A stretch of DNA of 64,000 nucleotides from an uncultured candidate division Zixibacteria bacterium (lineage in GTDB: Bacteria; Zixibacteria; MSB-5A5; GN15; FEB-12), in contig CAWDXE010000008.1 of NCBI GenBank assembly GCA_963806185.1, positions 32,001 to 96,000 of the forward strand, written 5' to 3'. The notes below the pieces were generated by a model. The model ran no database searches. It saw only the letters and a list, made by a program, of their open reading frames with translations, and had not been told where the DNA came from. Shown in pieces: positions 1 to 11,456 of the stretch (position 1 is its first letter; each line of letters begins with the position of its first letter). Made by a program: the position numbers and the translations under genes.

Positions 1-1390
<1,390 letters not shown>

Positions 1391-1723
1391 TTAACGTAGT
1401 CCTTTCTCATCTCGCACCAGCCGCAATTTCTTCACCACGTGGCCGTTTGGAAAGGATTGAACTCGCTTGAGAATCATTTCTATTTCCATAGCCATCTGCT
1501 GCCGCCAACCGTCATCAGGGACCGCCACATACAGCACTCCGTCCTCAAACCGGATTGCTCGGGCATGCTTCGCGTAGTGTTCACCGACGATTTCAGGCCA
1601 CCGAACGACCGCCGTCCAACCGCCAAACGAATTTCCCAATCCCAGCGACCTGATGACGCTGTCGATAATCCCGCCGATCTGAGGCGGTGTTTTGGACGGC
1701 CGAACGTGCTTTCCTGTCGTCAT
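1391..1723 (-). CDS. dciA: DUF721/DciA-family protein
   Basis: WPEIVGEHYAKHARAIRFEDGVLYVAV..W pattern; directly upstream of gyrB, the usual position. Confidence 0.85.
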   Translation of the reverse strand: MTTGKHVRPSKTPPQIGGIIDSVIRSLGLGNSFGGWTAVVRWPEIVGEHYAKHARAIRFEDGVLYVAVPDDGWRQQMAMEIEMILKRVQSFPNGHVVKKLRLVRDEKGLR

Positions 1724-2011
1724 TGCTCCCTGCAGTTAACTGAACCAGAAGCATAACAATTATAGTAACCGATAGCAAGGAAAAAGGTTCCCATCGACCA
1801 AGTATAATACATTGTATGTCAACAAGTTGCGATAGTGCGAGCGGACCTGCTCAAATGTGATGTTTGACCCCTTTGAACAGCCTCCGGCGTAGGTCCAAAC
1901 GGCGCCTAATATCGCCTGTGACAGACCACATTTGGGCCAAAAAAACGGACCACCGATGGGGTCGGCAGTCCGTCTGGGGTTGGGAAAAAGGGTTGTGAGA
2001 GATTGGGAAAT

Positions 2012-2698
2012 CTATTTGCGCTTGGTGATCCTTCCGGAGCCGGAGACATTGCTCGAGACATTCTCCGGCGACCCATAATACTCTATCGAGCCGCTCCCGG
2101 ATACCTCCGCTTCAAGTGATACCTTGGCGAATACCTCGGCGTCACCTGAACCGCTGATCGTTACCGTCACATTGTCCGCTGCCAGATCAACGGTGTGAAT
2201 ACTGCCGGAACCGGACAAATCGACATTCAGATCGCCACAGGTGCCACTGGCCGTGAAAGTGCCGGAGCCGGACTGTTCAAATTCGAACTCTTCGGCCTTC
2301 ATATCTATTATTTCAATCTCACCCGAGCCGCTGATCGATATACGGTCAAGTGCTGTTACCGTGATCTCCACCTTGCAGTTCTCATGGCTGGACCAGCTAC
2401 CTTCCGACGACAGGTCGAGCGTGCGACCGTGCACCTTGGTCTCGATCTGGTCGATCAGATTGTCGTCAAAGGTCAGCGTGACCTTCTGCGTCGGTCCAAA
2501 TCGAACAGTAATGTCAAACGCCCCATCCGATTCAATGCGGGTAAACGAACCGACATCGCGGGTCTCGGTCGTCATCTCGCCCGAACCGCGTACGGTCTTT
2601 CCCCAGAAACCGGATTTGTGTGTCACTCGGTCGGCCAGCGCGTTCGAGGCCAGCGCCACCAGTGTCACAAGCAATACTCCGTACCCTGCTTTCCGCAT
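2012..2698 (-). CDS. DUF2807 (head GIN domain) exported protein
   Basis: Signal peptide, GSGEMTTETRDV, repeated SGSG-x-I beta-helix units. Confidence 0.9.
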   Translation of the reverse strand: MRKAGYGVLLVTLVALASNALADRVTHKSGFWGKTVRGSGEMTTETRDVGSFTRIESDGAFDITVRFGPTQKVTLTFDDNLIDQIETKVHGRTLDLSSEGSWSSHENCKVEITVTALDRISISGSGEIEIIDMKAEEFEFEQSGSGTFTASGTCGDLNVDLSGSGSIHTVDLAADNVTVTISGSGDAEVFAKVSLEAEVSGSGSIEYYGSPENVSSNVSGSGRITKRK

Positions 2699-2737
2699 CT
2701 CTATACTCCTGTCTGGAAACGTAGCAACTACCGTCTC

Positions 2738-2764
2738 TACGGACGGGGAGCGGCCAATGTTTCA
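2738..2764 (-). promoter_or_regulatory. ECF (SigW-like) promoter TGAAAC-N17-CGTA
   Basis: Minus strand reads TGAAAC attggccgctccccgtc CGTA about 40 nt upstream of the DUF2807 start; a similar site lies upstream of pspC. Confidence 0.5.
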
Positions 2765-2767
2765 CCC

Positions 2768-3751
2768 CTAGCGCAGATAAATCGAATCGATATACAGGGC
2801 AAAACTGTCCGCCGGCTGATGGGCAAACAGCTTGAAAGAGGCGATATGACGCATATCCAGCTCCCGATCCGCCGGTCCGTTCTTGACGTGCGACAAGGGG
2901 AGGGCGTACCTGTTCACACCGGGATGCACAACCAGCACACCATTAAACCGGTCGGCATACCGTTCGTCGTGATGGCTATCGTGGATGCGGGTTGCTATCA
3001 CCGTGGAGTCGGATAACGGTGAATAAATGCTGAATATCAGTGAATCGTAGGCGGTCCAGTCGGGGTGGCACTCCTCGAGCGCAAACGTGGGGTACTCACG
3101 CGACCAAAATGTCAGTTTGAGAGCCAGGTCGTCCGGTTGCGAACTTGCCGCGGGTGGCCAGGGAGCAAACTCCTTGTGAGCATCGTTGACAAAGACGAAC
3201 TTCCTCCCCCAGCGACTGTCGAAGTCACACAGCACCGGCAGATGAGCGGTGCGATAGAGCGAGGCAATCCCCCAGTCGAGGGTCGGCAGGAATACCCCAA
3301 ACAGCGATACTCCGGCGATCATCAGAAACGCCGTCGCTCTGCGGCGCACGCCGGCCCTCTCTTCCTCGTTGAAAAACGGATCGACCAGGGCGAACAGCAA
3401 CAACATCGACCAGGCGCCCACGACATCGCGGTAGAAATCGTTCAAATCGGCGTCCCGCCCGATAAACGCCTGGATAATTTCGGTTGTCATCCCGATGCCG
3501 GCTGTCACCCCAAGGGCGAACAGGTAGTGCAGCCAGTGCCGGATCCTTTCAAACACCAGGTGGAAAAACCAGACAAGCACCACGGCCGTAAGGCCAAACA
3601 ACGGCGCATGACAGGAATTCTGAAACGCCCGCCAGAAAAACGTGCGCTCCGGCAGCGGCAGAAAGAAGAAGATGAGCGTCAGCACCACGAGGGCGATGAA
3701 GATGTATAGAAACTGAATCTTGTGTGGTGATTCGGCGACACGACGTAACAT
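2768..3751 (-). CDS. VanZ-like membrane protein with C-terminal carbohydrate-binding-like domain
   Basis: About 5 TM helices, HAPLFG and EIIQAFIGRDADLNDFYRDVVG VanZ-type motifs, soluble beta-rich C-terminus (DWTAYDSL, YIDSIYL); start approximate. Confidence 0.65.
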   Translation of the reverse strand: MLRRVAESPHKIQFLYIFIALVVLTLIFFFLPLPERTFFWRAFQNSCHAPLFGLTAVVLVWFFHLVFERIRHWLHYLFALGVTAGIGMTTEIIQAFIGRDADLNDFYRDVVGAWSMLLLFALVDPFFNEEERAGVRRRATAFLMIAGVSLFGVFLPTLDWGIASLYRTAHLPVLCDFDSRWGRKFVFVNDAHKEFAPWPPAASSQPDDLALKLTFWSREYPTFALEECHPDWTAYDSLIFSIYSPLSDSTVIATRIHDSHHDERYADRFNGVLVVHPGVNRYALPLSHVKNGPADRELDMRHIASFKLFAHQPADSFALYIDSIYLR

Positions 3752-3857
3752 GCGGAAAAGTATGCGCACTTGAGTTGTTCTCGAGCAAGCGAAAAGGCGC
3801 ATTTCACCGGCCAACTATTGCTTGCCTCGCTTGGTGACGAGGGGTATTATCGATCTC

Positions 3858-4430
3858 ATGGAGACCATCGCCGCCCGTTTCCAACTTGTCGGCACCAGAC
3901 TGAAGCTGCGGCGGTTCCGCCGCGAGGATGCTCCCGCTGTCTTTGCCTATGCGAGAGATTATGAAGCCGGCCGCTACACCCACATCCCGCATCCGTACAC
4001 GCTGGGCGACGCCGATATTTTCCTCCGCCACACCATTCGCTGTTACCGGACGAAAAAGCAGATCACCTTCGCTATCGAACTGCTCGAGAACAGCCGCGTG
4101 ATCGGCGGCATCGGCCTGCACAATATCGAATTTTCCCGCCAGAACAGCGAGATGGGGTATGTCATCGGCAAGGAGTACTGGGGGCACGGGTACATGACGG
4201 AAGCGGTCGCCCTGATGACGAATTACTGCTTCACTCAGCTCAAACTGCACCGCGTCTACGCACGGGTCTTCCATCCCAACCTTGCGTCTGCAAGGGTGCT
4301 TGAAAAAAACGGCTACAGTCTGGAGGGCCGGCATCGCGAGGCGATCTACCGCGAGGGTCAGTGGCTGGACGAATTGGTGTACGCCAAGCTGAGATCGGAA
4401 GATCGACCGTCGCCAATTGAATCGCTTTGA
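3858..4430 (+). CDS. GNAT N-acetyltransferase, RimJ/RimL family
   Basis: RLKLRRF, EMGYVIGKEYWGHGYMTEA, NLASARVLEKNGY. Confidence 0.92.
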   Translation: METIAARFQLVGTRLKLRRFRREDAPAVFAYARDYEAGRYTHIPHPYTLGDADIFLRHTIRCYRTKKQITFAIELLENSRVIGGIGLHNIEFSRQNSEMGYVIGKEYWGHGYMTEAVALMTNYCFTQLKLHRVYARVFHPNLASARVLEKNGYSLEGRHREAIYREGQWLDELVYAKLRSEDRPSPIESL

Positions 4431-4474
4431 GTTTTTTGTTGCTTGCCTTTTTGAGTTCGCCGATCCTTTCCCCC

Positions 4475-5047
4475 ATGTCACGCATCCAGACTCCACCACC
4501 CGGACGGCTCGTTGTGTCCGTCCTCTATTCCTCGATCGACGCCCTGGCCGATTCGCTCAAACTGCTCGAACGCCACTTCGGCCGCGTCCAGTGCGAGACC
4601 ACCGAAATCGAATGCTCGGACAATACCTACTCCGAAGAAATGGGCCAGCAGCTCTGGCGCCGTTTCTTTTCCTTCGAACGAATCGTCGCCCGCGATAGTC
4701 TGCCTGAAATCAAGGCCACCTGCCACAAAATCGAGGAGGCCTTCGGCGACCGCGTCGACGACTACACTTTTAGAACCGTCAACCTCGACCCTGGTATTCT
4801 CACTCCCGAGAATCTGGTCATGGCCTCACATCGCGATTTCAATAACCGGATATATCTGGGCAAGGGCGTGTTCGCCGAATTGACTTTGATCTACGGCCGC
4901 GAGGGCCTGACCCGTCTTCCCTGGACCAATCCGGATTTCTGCACCGAGGAATCGGTCGATTTCTTCCTCCGGGTACGGGAAACTTTCAGTGACAATATCC
5001 CTGTTCGTCGCCTCACCCTCCCCCTGCGCGGGCTCCAAGCCGGCTGA
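4475..5047 (+). CDS. DUF4416-family protein
   Basis: YSEEMG, RTVNLDPG, RIYLGKGVFAELTL, LPWTNPDF. Confidence 0.85.
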   Translation: MSRIQTPPPGRLVVSVLYSSIDALADSLKLLERHFGRVQCETTEIECSDNTYSEEMGQQLWRRFFSFERIVARDSLPEIKATCHKIEEAFGDRVDDYTFRTVNLDPGILTPENLVMASHRDFNNRIYLGKGVFAELTLIYGREGLTRLPWTNPDFCTEESVDFFLRVRETFSDNIPVRRLTLPLRGLQAG

Positions 5048-5183
5048 TTTTCCGACCTTTACACTCTGAGACCGTTTTTTTCTTTCCATCTGGCCACAGG
5101 TAACGCAAATTCGGTCTGCCAAAGTATTGGCACCGCTGCCGTTGCGGGAACGGATATGCTGCAACCGGTTACAAAGGGTATCC

Positions 5184-6458
5184 ATGGATAAGTTCGTCAT
5201 ACAAGGACCAGCAACCATAGACGGGAAAATTAAGACCGACGGCTCAAAAAATGCCGCTCTCCCGATCATCTCCGGCGCTCTGCTCATCGCCAACGGCGAG
5301 ACAACGATCCGCAACATCCCACCGCTCCGCGATATATTCACGCTGATTGCCATGCTCGAGTACGTCGGAGCCAAGGTCACCTACGACCGGGACGCCGAGG
5401 TCATGACCATCAACGCCAAGACGTTGACCCAAAATACCGCCCCTTATGAATTGATGCGCCAAATGCGCGCCTCGTTCCTCGTCCTGGGTCCGCTGCTGGC
5501 TCGAATGGGGGAAGCTCGGATTTCTTTACCCGGCGGCTGCTCACTGGGCGCCAGACCGGTCGATTTCCACATTAAAGCGTTCGCCACGATGGGCGCAAAG
5601 ATTCGCGAAGAAGCCGGATATGTGATCGCCCAGGCCAAACCGCTGCTTGGCGGATCGATTTATTTCGATCGTCCCTCCCATACCGGCACCGAAAATGTCC
5701 TTTTCGGCGCCGTCCTGGCCCGTCACAAGACTATCATCACCAATGCCGCCTGTGACCCGGAAATAGTCGATGTTGCCAATTTCCTGAATCAGGCCGGAGC
5801 AAAGATCCACGGCGTCGGCACGCCATACATCGAAGTTGAACCGGTCAAAAAACTCAGCGCCGTCGACTACTCGGTCTGCGGCGATCGCCTGGTCGCCGGT
5901 ACCTATATGTTCGGTGCTGCAATCACCGGAGGAAAAGTCGAAGTTACCGGGATCGACCCGGTTCAACTGACTATGGTTAATCACAAGCTGGTGGAGATGG
6001 GCTGCATTGTCACTACCCGCAAAGCGAGCATTGTGGTCAAAGCGCCCAAAAAACTCGGACCGGTCCAGGTCACTACCTTTCCTTTCCCCGGCTTCCCGAC
6101 CGACCTTCAGGCCTGCATTATGGCGGCCGCTTGTGTGGCCTCGGGAACCTCCCATATCCGCGAAACTGTTTTTACTGATAGGTTCAACCATACGATGGAA
6201 ATGCGCCGCCTCGGGGCCGAGATTACCATTGCCAGTGACGAGGCCATCATTTCGGGAGTCGATCAACTTCGCGGCGCGGAAGTCATGGCCCCGGATATCC
6301 GGGCCGGCGCCGGCCTGGTGCTGGCTTGCCTCGCCGCCGAGGGTAAATCGGAGGTCCGACGTGTCTACCATATCGACCGAGGGTATTTCCGGCTCGAGGA
6401 ACGTCTGCGCTCCATCGGCGTGGATATTGAACGGGCCGACGACCGTGGGGCGGAGTGA
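5184..6458 (+). CDS. murA: UDP-N-acetylglucosamine 1-carboxyvinyltransferase
   Basis: GSKNAALP, MRASFLVLGPLL, LPGGCSLGARP (catalytic Cys), FPGFPTDLQ, HIDRGY. Confidence 0.97.
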   Translation: MDKFVIQGPATIDGKIKTDGSKNAALPIISGALLIANGETTIRNIPPLRDIFTLIAMLEYVGAKVTYDRDAEVMTINAKTLTQNTAPYELMRQMRASFLVLGPLLARMGEARISLPGGCSLGARPVDFHIKAFATMGAKIREEAGYVIAQAKPLLGGSIYFDRPSHTGTENVLFGAVLARHKTIITNAACDPEIVDVANFLNQAGAKIHGVGTPYIEVEPVKKLSAVDYSVCGDRLVAGTYMFGAAITGGKVEVTGIDPVQLTMVNHKLVEMGCIVTTRKASIVVKAPKKLGPVQVTTFPFPGFPTDLQACIMAAACVASGTSHIRETVFTDRFNHTMEMRRLGAEITIASDEAIISGVDQLRGAEVMAPDIRAGAGLVLACLAAEGKSEVRRVYHIDRGYFRLEERLRSIGVDIERADDRGAE

Positions 6459-6590
6459 ACAACTGGAATGTGAAGGCTGACGTTTCCATTGGTAATGACC
6501 GATAATACGTATTGAGCCCGAAAGACCGGCTGGACGACCGGTTGCACGACCCGCCCGGACGGATCGTCTCATTAGAAGAGGATGTTTGTC

Positions 6591-9500
6591 ATGAAGAAAA
6601 CGTTAGCTGCGTTTCTGGTTTTGCTCGCGATCCTGCCCGTATCAGCTCAATCCCAGGAAACGTACTTCGGCAAAAACAAGGTCCAATACCGCGATTTCAA
6701 CTGGAAATTCATCCAGACGCGACGGTTCGATATCTACTTCTATGATGACGCGTACCCGATCGCGAAGTTCACCGCCGACGTCCTTGAAAAGGCCTACGAT
6801 GAAGTGACGCGGGAACTGGATTACCGTATCCAGCGACGCGTCCCGGTCTTCGTTTACATCTCACACAACGATTTTCAACAGACGAACATCGTCTCCGAAT
6901 TGCTCCCTGAAGGTGTGGGCGGCTTCACCGAGGCCTTCAAGAACCGCATCGTCATCCCCTTCACCGGCTCCTTTGAGGATTATCGCCACGTCCTCCACCA
7001 CGAATTGACTCATGCCGTCGTTTACGATATGCTCTTCGGCGGCAACCTGGCGTCGATCATCTCCCGCCAGCGTCTGTTCAACATGCCGCTCTGGTTTGCC
7101 GAGGGGTACGCGGAGTATTCTTCGCGTCACGGCTGGGACTACCAGTCGGACATGTACGTCCGCGACGCCACCATCAACGGCTACCTCACCCCGCCCGATT
7201 ATCTGGGCGGCTTCCTCGCCTACAAGCAGGGACAGGCGATGGTGAAATACATCGCCGACAAGTACGGCGAAGACAAGCTGGGCGATCTCATCCAGAAAGG
7301 CAAAGTGCACCTCAGCATGAACAAGGCGATGAAGGCGTCGATCGGCGTCTCAGAGGAGGACTTCTACAAGGAGTTTTCCAAAGAGATGAAACGCCGCTAC
7401 TGGCCGGAAATCGCCAAGCGTAAAGAAGCCCCCGATATCAGCAAACAACTCACCAAGGCGCGTGAAGACGGCTCATACTTCAACGAAAAGCCGGTCTATA
7501 CTCCCGATGGCGGCCGCATTGCCATCTTCTCCGACATCTCCGATTACACCGAGATCATCCTGATCTCTGCTCTTGACGGTAAGAAGATCGAGTCGCTGGT
7601 GAAGGGCGAGCGATCAGGTGACCTTGAATCACTGCATTCTTACGTCTCCGGCATGTCGTTCTCCCCGGATGGCAAATCGCTCGTGTTCGTCGCCAAACAT
7701 AAGGGGCAGGACGCGCTGATGTTTCTCGACGTCAAGGATAAGGACGTATATAAGAAGCTCCGCCTCCCCTTCCGCGGCATTGTGTCGCCCGCCTGGTCTC
7801 CTGACGGCAAAAAGATCGCCTTCTCCGCGCTCAGCGACAATACCCGCGACCTGTACGTCCTCGATATCGCTTCTGAATCTTTCCGCCAGATCACCGACGA
7901 TCGCTTTGACGACGTCGATCCGACCTGGATGCCCGGCTCCGAGGAACTGATTTTCACATCCGATCGCCCGCACCCGCAGAATCCGGTCCTCAACAACATG
8001 GGCCACCCGTATGTTAAATCCGACTCCGCCTTCATGCCGGGCGGCTTCGCCTATGGCACCTACAATCTGTTCCGCATAGATGTCGCCAGCGAACGGATTC
8101 AGCCGGTCGACGTCGGCCCCGGCTCCAATCGCAATCCCGACGTGTCGCCGGACGGCCGAAAAGTCGCGTTCATTTCAAACCGAAACGGCATCGATAACAT
8201 TTACATTGGCATGCTTGATTCCGCAAAGAACTATGCCGTGACCGATTTGCTTACCGGCGCGCACGATCTGTCGTGGGCGCCCGATGGCGACCGCATCGCC
8301 TACTCCGCCTTCTTTCAGGGAGCCTTCGACATCTTCGTGTTGAAAGACCTTATCCCCGCCGGAGACAATGGCGTGCTCACCCCCACCGATTATGTCCTGG
8401 GCAAGTACAATCTGCTGCCCGGTGCGACGGCATCACGTGACTCCGTCAAAATCACCGCGCCTGATAGCGCGATCATTCGACCGCCCATTCCTTTGGGCGC
8501 ATCAGATACCCTCGCACATGTCGCCGATTCGACCGGCAATCATATCGCAACCAGCGACACCACCGTGCTTGCCGCCAAACCGTCAGATACTGCTGTCACC
8601 AGCACTGGAATTATCGACGACGAGTACGTCTTCGTGAGCGATCGAAAAGATCCGCTTGATTCCCTCCTGGCCCCCATCCCCCGGGATAGCCTCGGCAATA
8701 CCCAACCGCTGGCCGAACCGCCGTCCTTTGATTCCATCCCTCCGCCGCTCCCGAGCGGCGAGTACGACATAAAGAAATACTCGGTGAAATTCACCCCCGA
8801 TTTTGTCGGCGGCGGCTTCAGCTACAATACCTTTTTTGGTGTCCGCGGTCAGTCATACTTCGTCTTCTCGGATTACCTGGGCAATCACCAGATTTACGTG
8901 GCTCTGGATCTGGTCAATACGATCGATCAGTCGTTCATTCAGGCCTATTATTTCAATAACACGCGACGGGTTAACCTCGGCGCCGGGTTCTTCCACACAA
9001 AGAATTTCTATACCGACAACCGGGACTATCTCTTCTCCGATCGATTCTACGGCATCCAGGGCTTCGCCCAGCGGCCGTTCTCGATGTTCAGCCGGCTGGA
9101 ATTCGGCGCCTCCCAGTACTTCATCGATCGCGAGTACTACGACATTCAGGACACTCGCCCCAACCGGAGCTCGCAGGTGACCACTGGCCAGCTTTCCTGG
9201 GTGTTCGACAACGTCCTCTGGGGATACACCGGTCCGATCAACGGTCGTCGCGCAAAAATCAGTCTTGACGGCGGCGTCAATTTCTTCGACGCGGGCGACA
9301 TAGAATTTTACTCAGCCGAACTCGACTACCGCAAATACTGGCACATCAAAGGACAAGTGTCGATGGCTCTCCGGTTCGCCGGCGGCGCCTCCTTCGGTCG
9401 CACACCGAAACTGTATTTCCTCGGCGGCACGACCAACTGGATCGGATCACGTACGCTCGACGCCCAGGTGTACGAAGTGGAGAATCTGTACTTCTCCGAA

Positions 9501-9872
9501 GTGATCACCCCGGTGCGCGGCATTGACTACTACGATTGGGCCGGCGATCGTTTCGGCCTGATGAACTGGGAGTTGCGCTTCCCGCTCGTCCAGGTACTGG
9601 CTATGAAATACCCCTTGCCGATCGTCCTCACCAACATCACCGGTGTCCTGTTTACCGACGTCGGTTCGACCTGGTATGGCAATGATTTCAAGATCGGCAC
9701 GTCGGAGGGTGGTCGTAGTCGCTTGCTCGACCTGCACACCGGCTTCGGCGCCGGTCTTCGCCTGAACCTGTTCGGCCTGGCCTTGCTGCGCTATGATATC
9801 GCCTGGTCGACCGATTTCTACAACATCACGAAATCGCCCAGTCACTATTTCTCGCTGGGCGCCGACTTCTAA
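6591..9872 (+). CDS. Omp85/BamA-TamA family outer-membrane protein with N-terminal HExxH peptidase-MA-like domain and PD40/TolB-like propeller
   Basis: Signal peptide, FGKNKVQY, HHELTH + WFAEGYAEY, repeated P-x-WSPDG, C-terminal barrel (VRG, ELRFP, GFGAGLR, terminal F). Confidence 0.88.
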   Translation: MKKTLAAFLVLLAILPVSAQSQETYFGKNKVQYRDFNWKFIQTRRFDIYFYDDAYPIAKFTADVLEKAYDEVTRELDYRIQRRVPVFVYISHNDFQQTNIVSELLPEGVGGFTEAFKNRIVIPFTGSFEDYRHVLHHELTHAVVYDMLFGGNLASIISRQRLFNMPLWFAEGYAEYSSRHGWDYQSDMYVRDATINGYLTPPDYLGGFLAYKQGQAMVKYIADKYGEDKLGDLIQKGKVHLSMNKAMKASIGVSEEDFYKEFSKEMKRRYWPEIAKRKEAPDISKQLTKAREDGSYFNEKPVYTPDGGRIAIFSDISDYTEIILISALDGKKIESLVKGERSGDLESLHSYVSGMSFSPDGKSLVFVAKHKGQDALMFLDVKDKDVYKKLRLPFRGIVSPAWSPDGKKIAFSALSDNTRDLYVLDIASESFRQITDDRFDDVDPTWMPGSEELIFTSDRPHPQNPVLNNMGHPYVKSDSAFMPGGFAYGTYNLFRIDVASERIQPVDVGPGSNRNPDVSPDGRKVAFISNRNGIDNIYIGMLDSAKNYAVTDLLTGAHDLSWAPDGDRIAYSAFFQGAFDIFVLKDLIPAGDNGVLTPTDYVLGKYNLLPGATASRDSVKITAPDSAIIRPPIPLGASDTLAHVADSTGNHIATSDTTVLAAKPSDTAVTSTGIIDDEYVFVSDRKDPLDSLLAPIPRDSLGNTQPLAEPPSFDSIPPPLPSGEYDIKKYSVKFTPDFVGGGFSYNTFFGVRGQSYFVFSDYLGNHQIYVALDLVNTIDQSFIQAYYFNNTRRVNLGAGFFHTKNFYTDNRDYLFSDRFYGIQGFAQRPFSMFSRLEFGASQYFIDREYYDIQDTRPNRSSQVTTGQLSWVFDNVLWGYTGPINGRRAKISLDGGVNFFDAGDIEFYSAELDYRKYWHIKGQVSMALRFAGGASFGRTPKLYFLGGTTNWIGSRTLDAQVYEVENLYFSEVITPVRGIDYYDWAGDRFGLMNWELRFPLVQVLAMKYPLPIVLTNITGVLFTDVGSTWYGNDFKIGTSEGGRSRLLDLHTGFGAGLRLNLFGLALLRYDIAWSTDFYNITKSPSHYFSLGADF

Positions 9873-9894
9873 TCGAATCCTCGAACGTTCGCAC

Positions 9895-9934
9895 AAAAAA
9901 ACGCAGTCCCGTGAGGAAATGGGACTGCGTTCTT
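9895..9934. terminator. Bidirectional intrinsic terminator
   Basis: A6-ACGCAGTCCC-N10-GGGACTGCGT-TCTT between convergent genes. Confidence 0.75.
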
Positions 9935-9958
9935 GCTGTTGTAAATTTCCTGTCAATC

Positions 9959-10111
9959 TTAGCTGTGCACTGAGCAGAACTTCTTCTTGCCGTCAGTGAA
10001 CCGCTTGCACGCCTTGCCGGCCTTGGTCTTGGCGGCGCAGCGCATTCTCGGCGCCTTTCTCGCCTTGGCCTTCTTGGCTCTCTTCTTGGTTGCCTTTTTA
10101 GTCTTGCGCAT
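9959..10111 (-). CDS. 50-aa highly basic histone-H1-like protein with C-x9-C-x10-C-x2-H motif
   Basis: AGGAGG RBS upstream of ATG 10111; 22 of 50 residues K/R; terminator downstream. Confidence 0.8.
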   Translation of the reverse strand: MRKTKKATKKRAKKAKARKAPRMRCAAKTKAGKACKRFTDGKKKFCSVHS

Positions 10112-10213
10112 TGTGAAGCGTCCTCCTTTGTTGCAAAGGCTGATAAAAAGCAATGGCTTGCCTCAACTTATGTCAAGTATAAAAGTGGGCCCCGAGCACC
10201 ATGCCTTTTCGCG

Positions 10214-10789
10214 TCAAAACTTGCGACTTCCGCGCTGTGTGAGCGCCTGCCCCTTCGCACAGAGCGGACAGGCCTGCGCCTCCCAGCTCTCCGCCGACAC
10301 CGAGGCCAGCGCATAAAAAGGATGTTCTATTCGCACCGCCCCGCCGGAACGATCCAGCAGTACGCCGATACCGACGATTTCCGCCTCGTACGACTTGACC
10401 AAATCAACCACCTCAAAGATCGATTTGCCCGTCGTCAGCACGTCGTCGACAATCACCACTTTCTGCCCCTTGTCGAGCGAGAAACCGCGATTGAATACCC
10501 GCCCGCCGTTCGGACCCGCCTCAGCGTAAATCGATTCATTACCCATATACCGGGCGACATCGTACGCGATGATAATACCGCCCGTGGTCGGCCCCACCAC
10601 CGTCACCGCCCCCGTCCCCGCGAACCGATCCGCCATCAGCTTGCAGATCTGCGTGCACAAGGTCGGATTCTTCAGCAACGTGAACTTCTCGTAATACACG
10701 TCGGAATGTCGGCCGGACGTCAGTTTGAAATGTCCCGTCAACAGCGCGCCGGAGCGCTTGAATAATTCCAGAATATCAGCTTCTTTCAC
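10214..10789 (-). CDS. pyrE: Orotate phosphoribosyltransferase
   Basis: GHFKLTSGRHS, VVIVDDVLTTGKS PRPP motif, CPLC tail. Confidence 0.95.
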   Translation of the reverse strand: MKEADILELFKRSGALLTGHFKLTSGRHSDVYYEKFTLLKNPTLCTQICKLMADRFAGTGAVTVVGPTTGGIIIAYDVARYMGNESIYAEAGPNGGRVFNRGFSLDKGQKVVIVDDVLTTGKSIFEVVDLVKSYEAEIVGIGVLLDRSGGAVRIEHPFYALASVSAESWEAQACPLCAKGQALTQRGSRKF

Positions 10790-11160
10790 CGGTCCTCCTC
10801 GATGATAACCATAGCTACGGCATGTGATTTTTCGTGGCTAAGAGTGACATGGATGCGCGCCGACAGCAATTTCTGCTGCACCGCCTGCGGCAACGACATG
10901 GCCGGACGGCCGCTGGTATCATTGAGTACCTCGATCGCACTCAAACGCGGTCGAATGTGCAGGTACTCGCCAAGAGCTTTGATGGCCGCTTCCTTGGCGG
11001 CAAACCGCCCGGCCAAAAAAAGCGACTTATCCGCTCTTTGTTGGAATGCCATTTGCTCCCGACGACCAAGCAGTTTGTGCACGAGCCGTTCGCCGTACCG
11101 CGCGTGAAGCTGCGCGATTCGCTCGACATTGACGATATCTACACCGATGGCGCGTATCAT
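10786..11160 (-). CDS. acpS: Holo-ACP synthase
   Basis: IGVDIV, LAGRFAAKEAAIKAL, VTLSHE. Confidence 0.95.
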   Translation of the reverse strand: MIRAIGVDIVNVERIAQLHARYGERLVHKLLGRREQMAFQQRADKSLFLAGRFAAKEAAIKALGEYLHIRPRLSAIEVLNDTSGRPAMSLPQAVQQKLLSARIHVTLSHEKSHAVAMVIIEEDR

Positions 11161-11220
11161 AAGTGGTGATACCAAGGTACAGGTTCCCGACAAAATTCGC
11201 AACGCCCCGTCAAAAAGATG

Positions 11221-11248
11221 TTGCTTCGATCATTGAAGCCCCTATCTT
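11221..11248 (+). promoter_or_regulatory. Sigma70-type promoter for the ncRNA
   Basis: TTGCTT-N16-TATCTT just upstream of the structured region. Confidence 0.5.
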
Positions 11249-11266
11249 GGTCATACGATAAGACAC

Positions 11267-11448
11267 TGGAGAGAGAAGTCATTTGAAAATCTCTAACACC
11301 TGTCTTATGAAGGTCGTCTCTTCGACGCTGCGCAACCGCCGTGACCCGCTCGAAAGATCGGTAGCGAAAGCAAGACGCGAGGAGTGGCTGTAAAAACCCT
11401 TTACCGTACTGGTAAGTGGAGGTTTTTTTCAAATTGCAACTCTCTCCA
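11267..11448 (+). ncRNA. ssrS: Probable 6S RNA (about 182-nt rod with central bubble)
   Basis: 5' TGGAGAGAG..ATTTGAAAA pairs with 3' TTTTCAAAT..CTCTCTCCA; inner stem GTCGTCTCTTCG/CGAGGAGTGGC; bubble hairpin TTACC-gtact-GGTAA; GAAA tetraloops; own promoter and terminator; no credible ORF. Confidence 0.65.
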
Positions 11449-11456
11449 TAAATTCG

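Noticed and set aside
1797..1824. Chromosomal dif site
   Set aside because: Only partial similarity to the XerC/XerD arms, next to gyrB, and better explained by the recurring 25-bp motif.
11267..11448. SRP RNA, tRNA or tmRNA identity
   Set aside because: No SRP helix-8 GGAA/AGCAG motif, no cloverleaf, too short for tmRNA.
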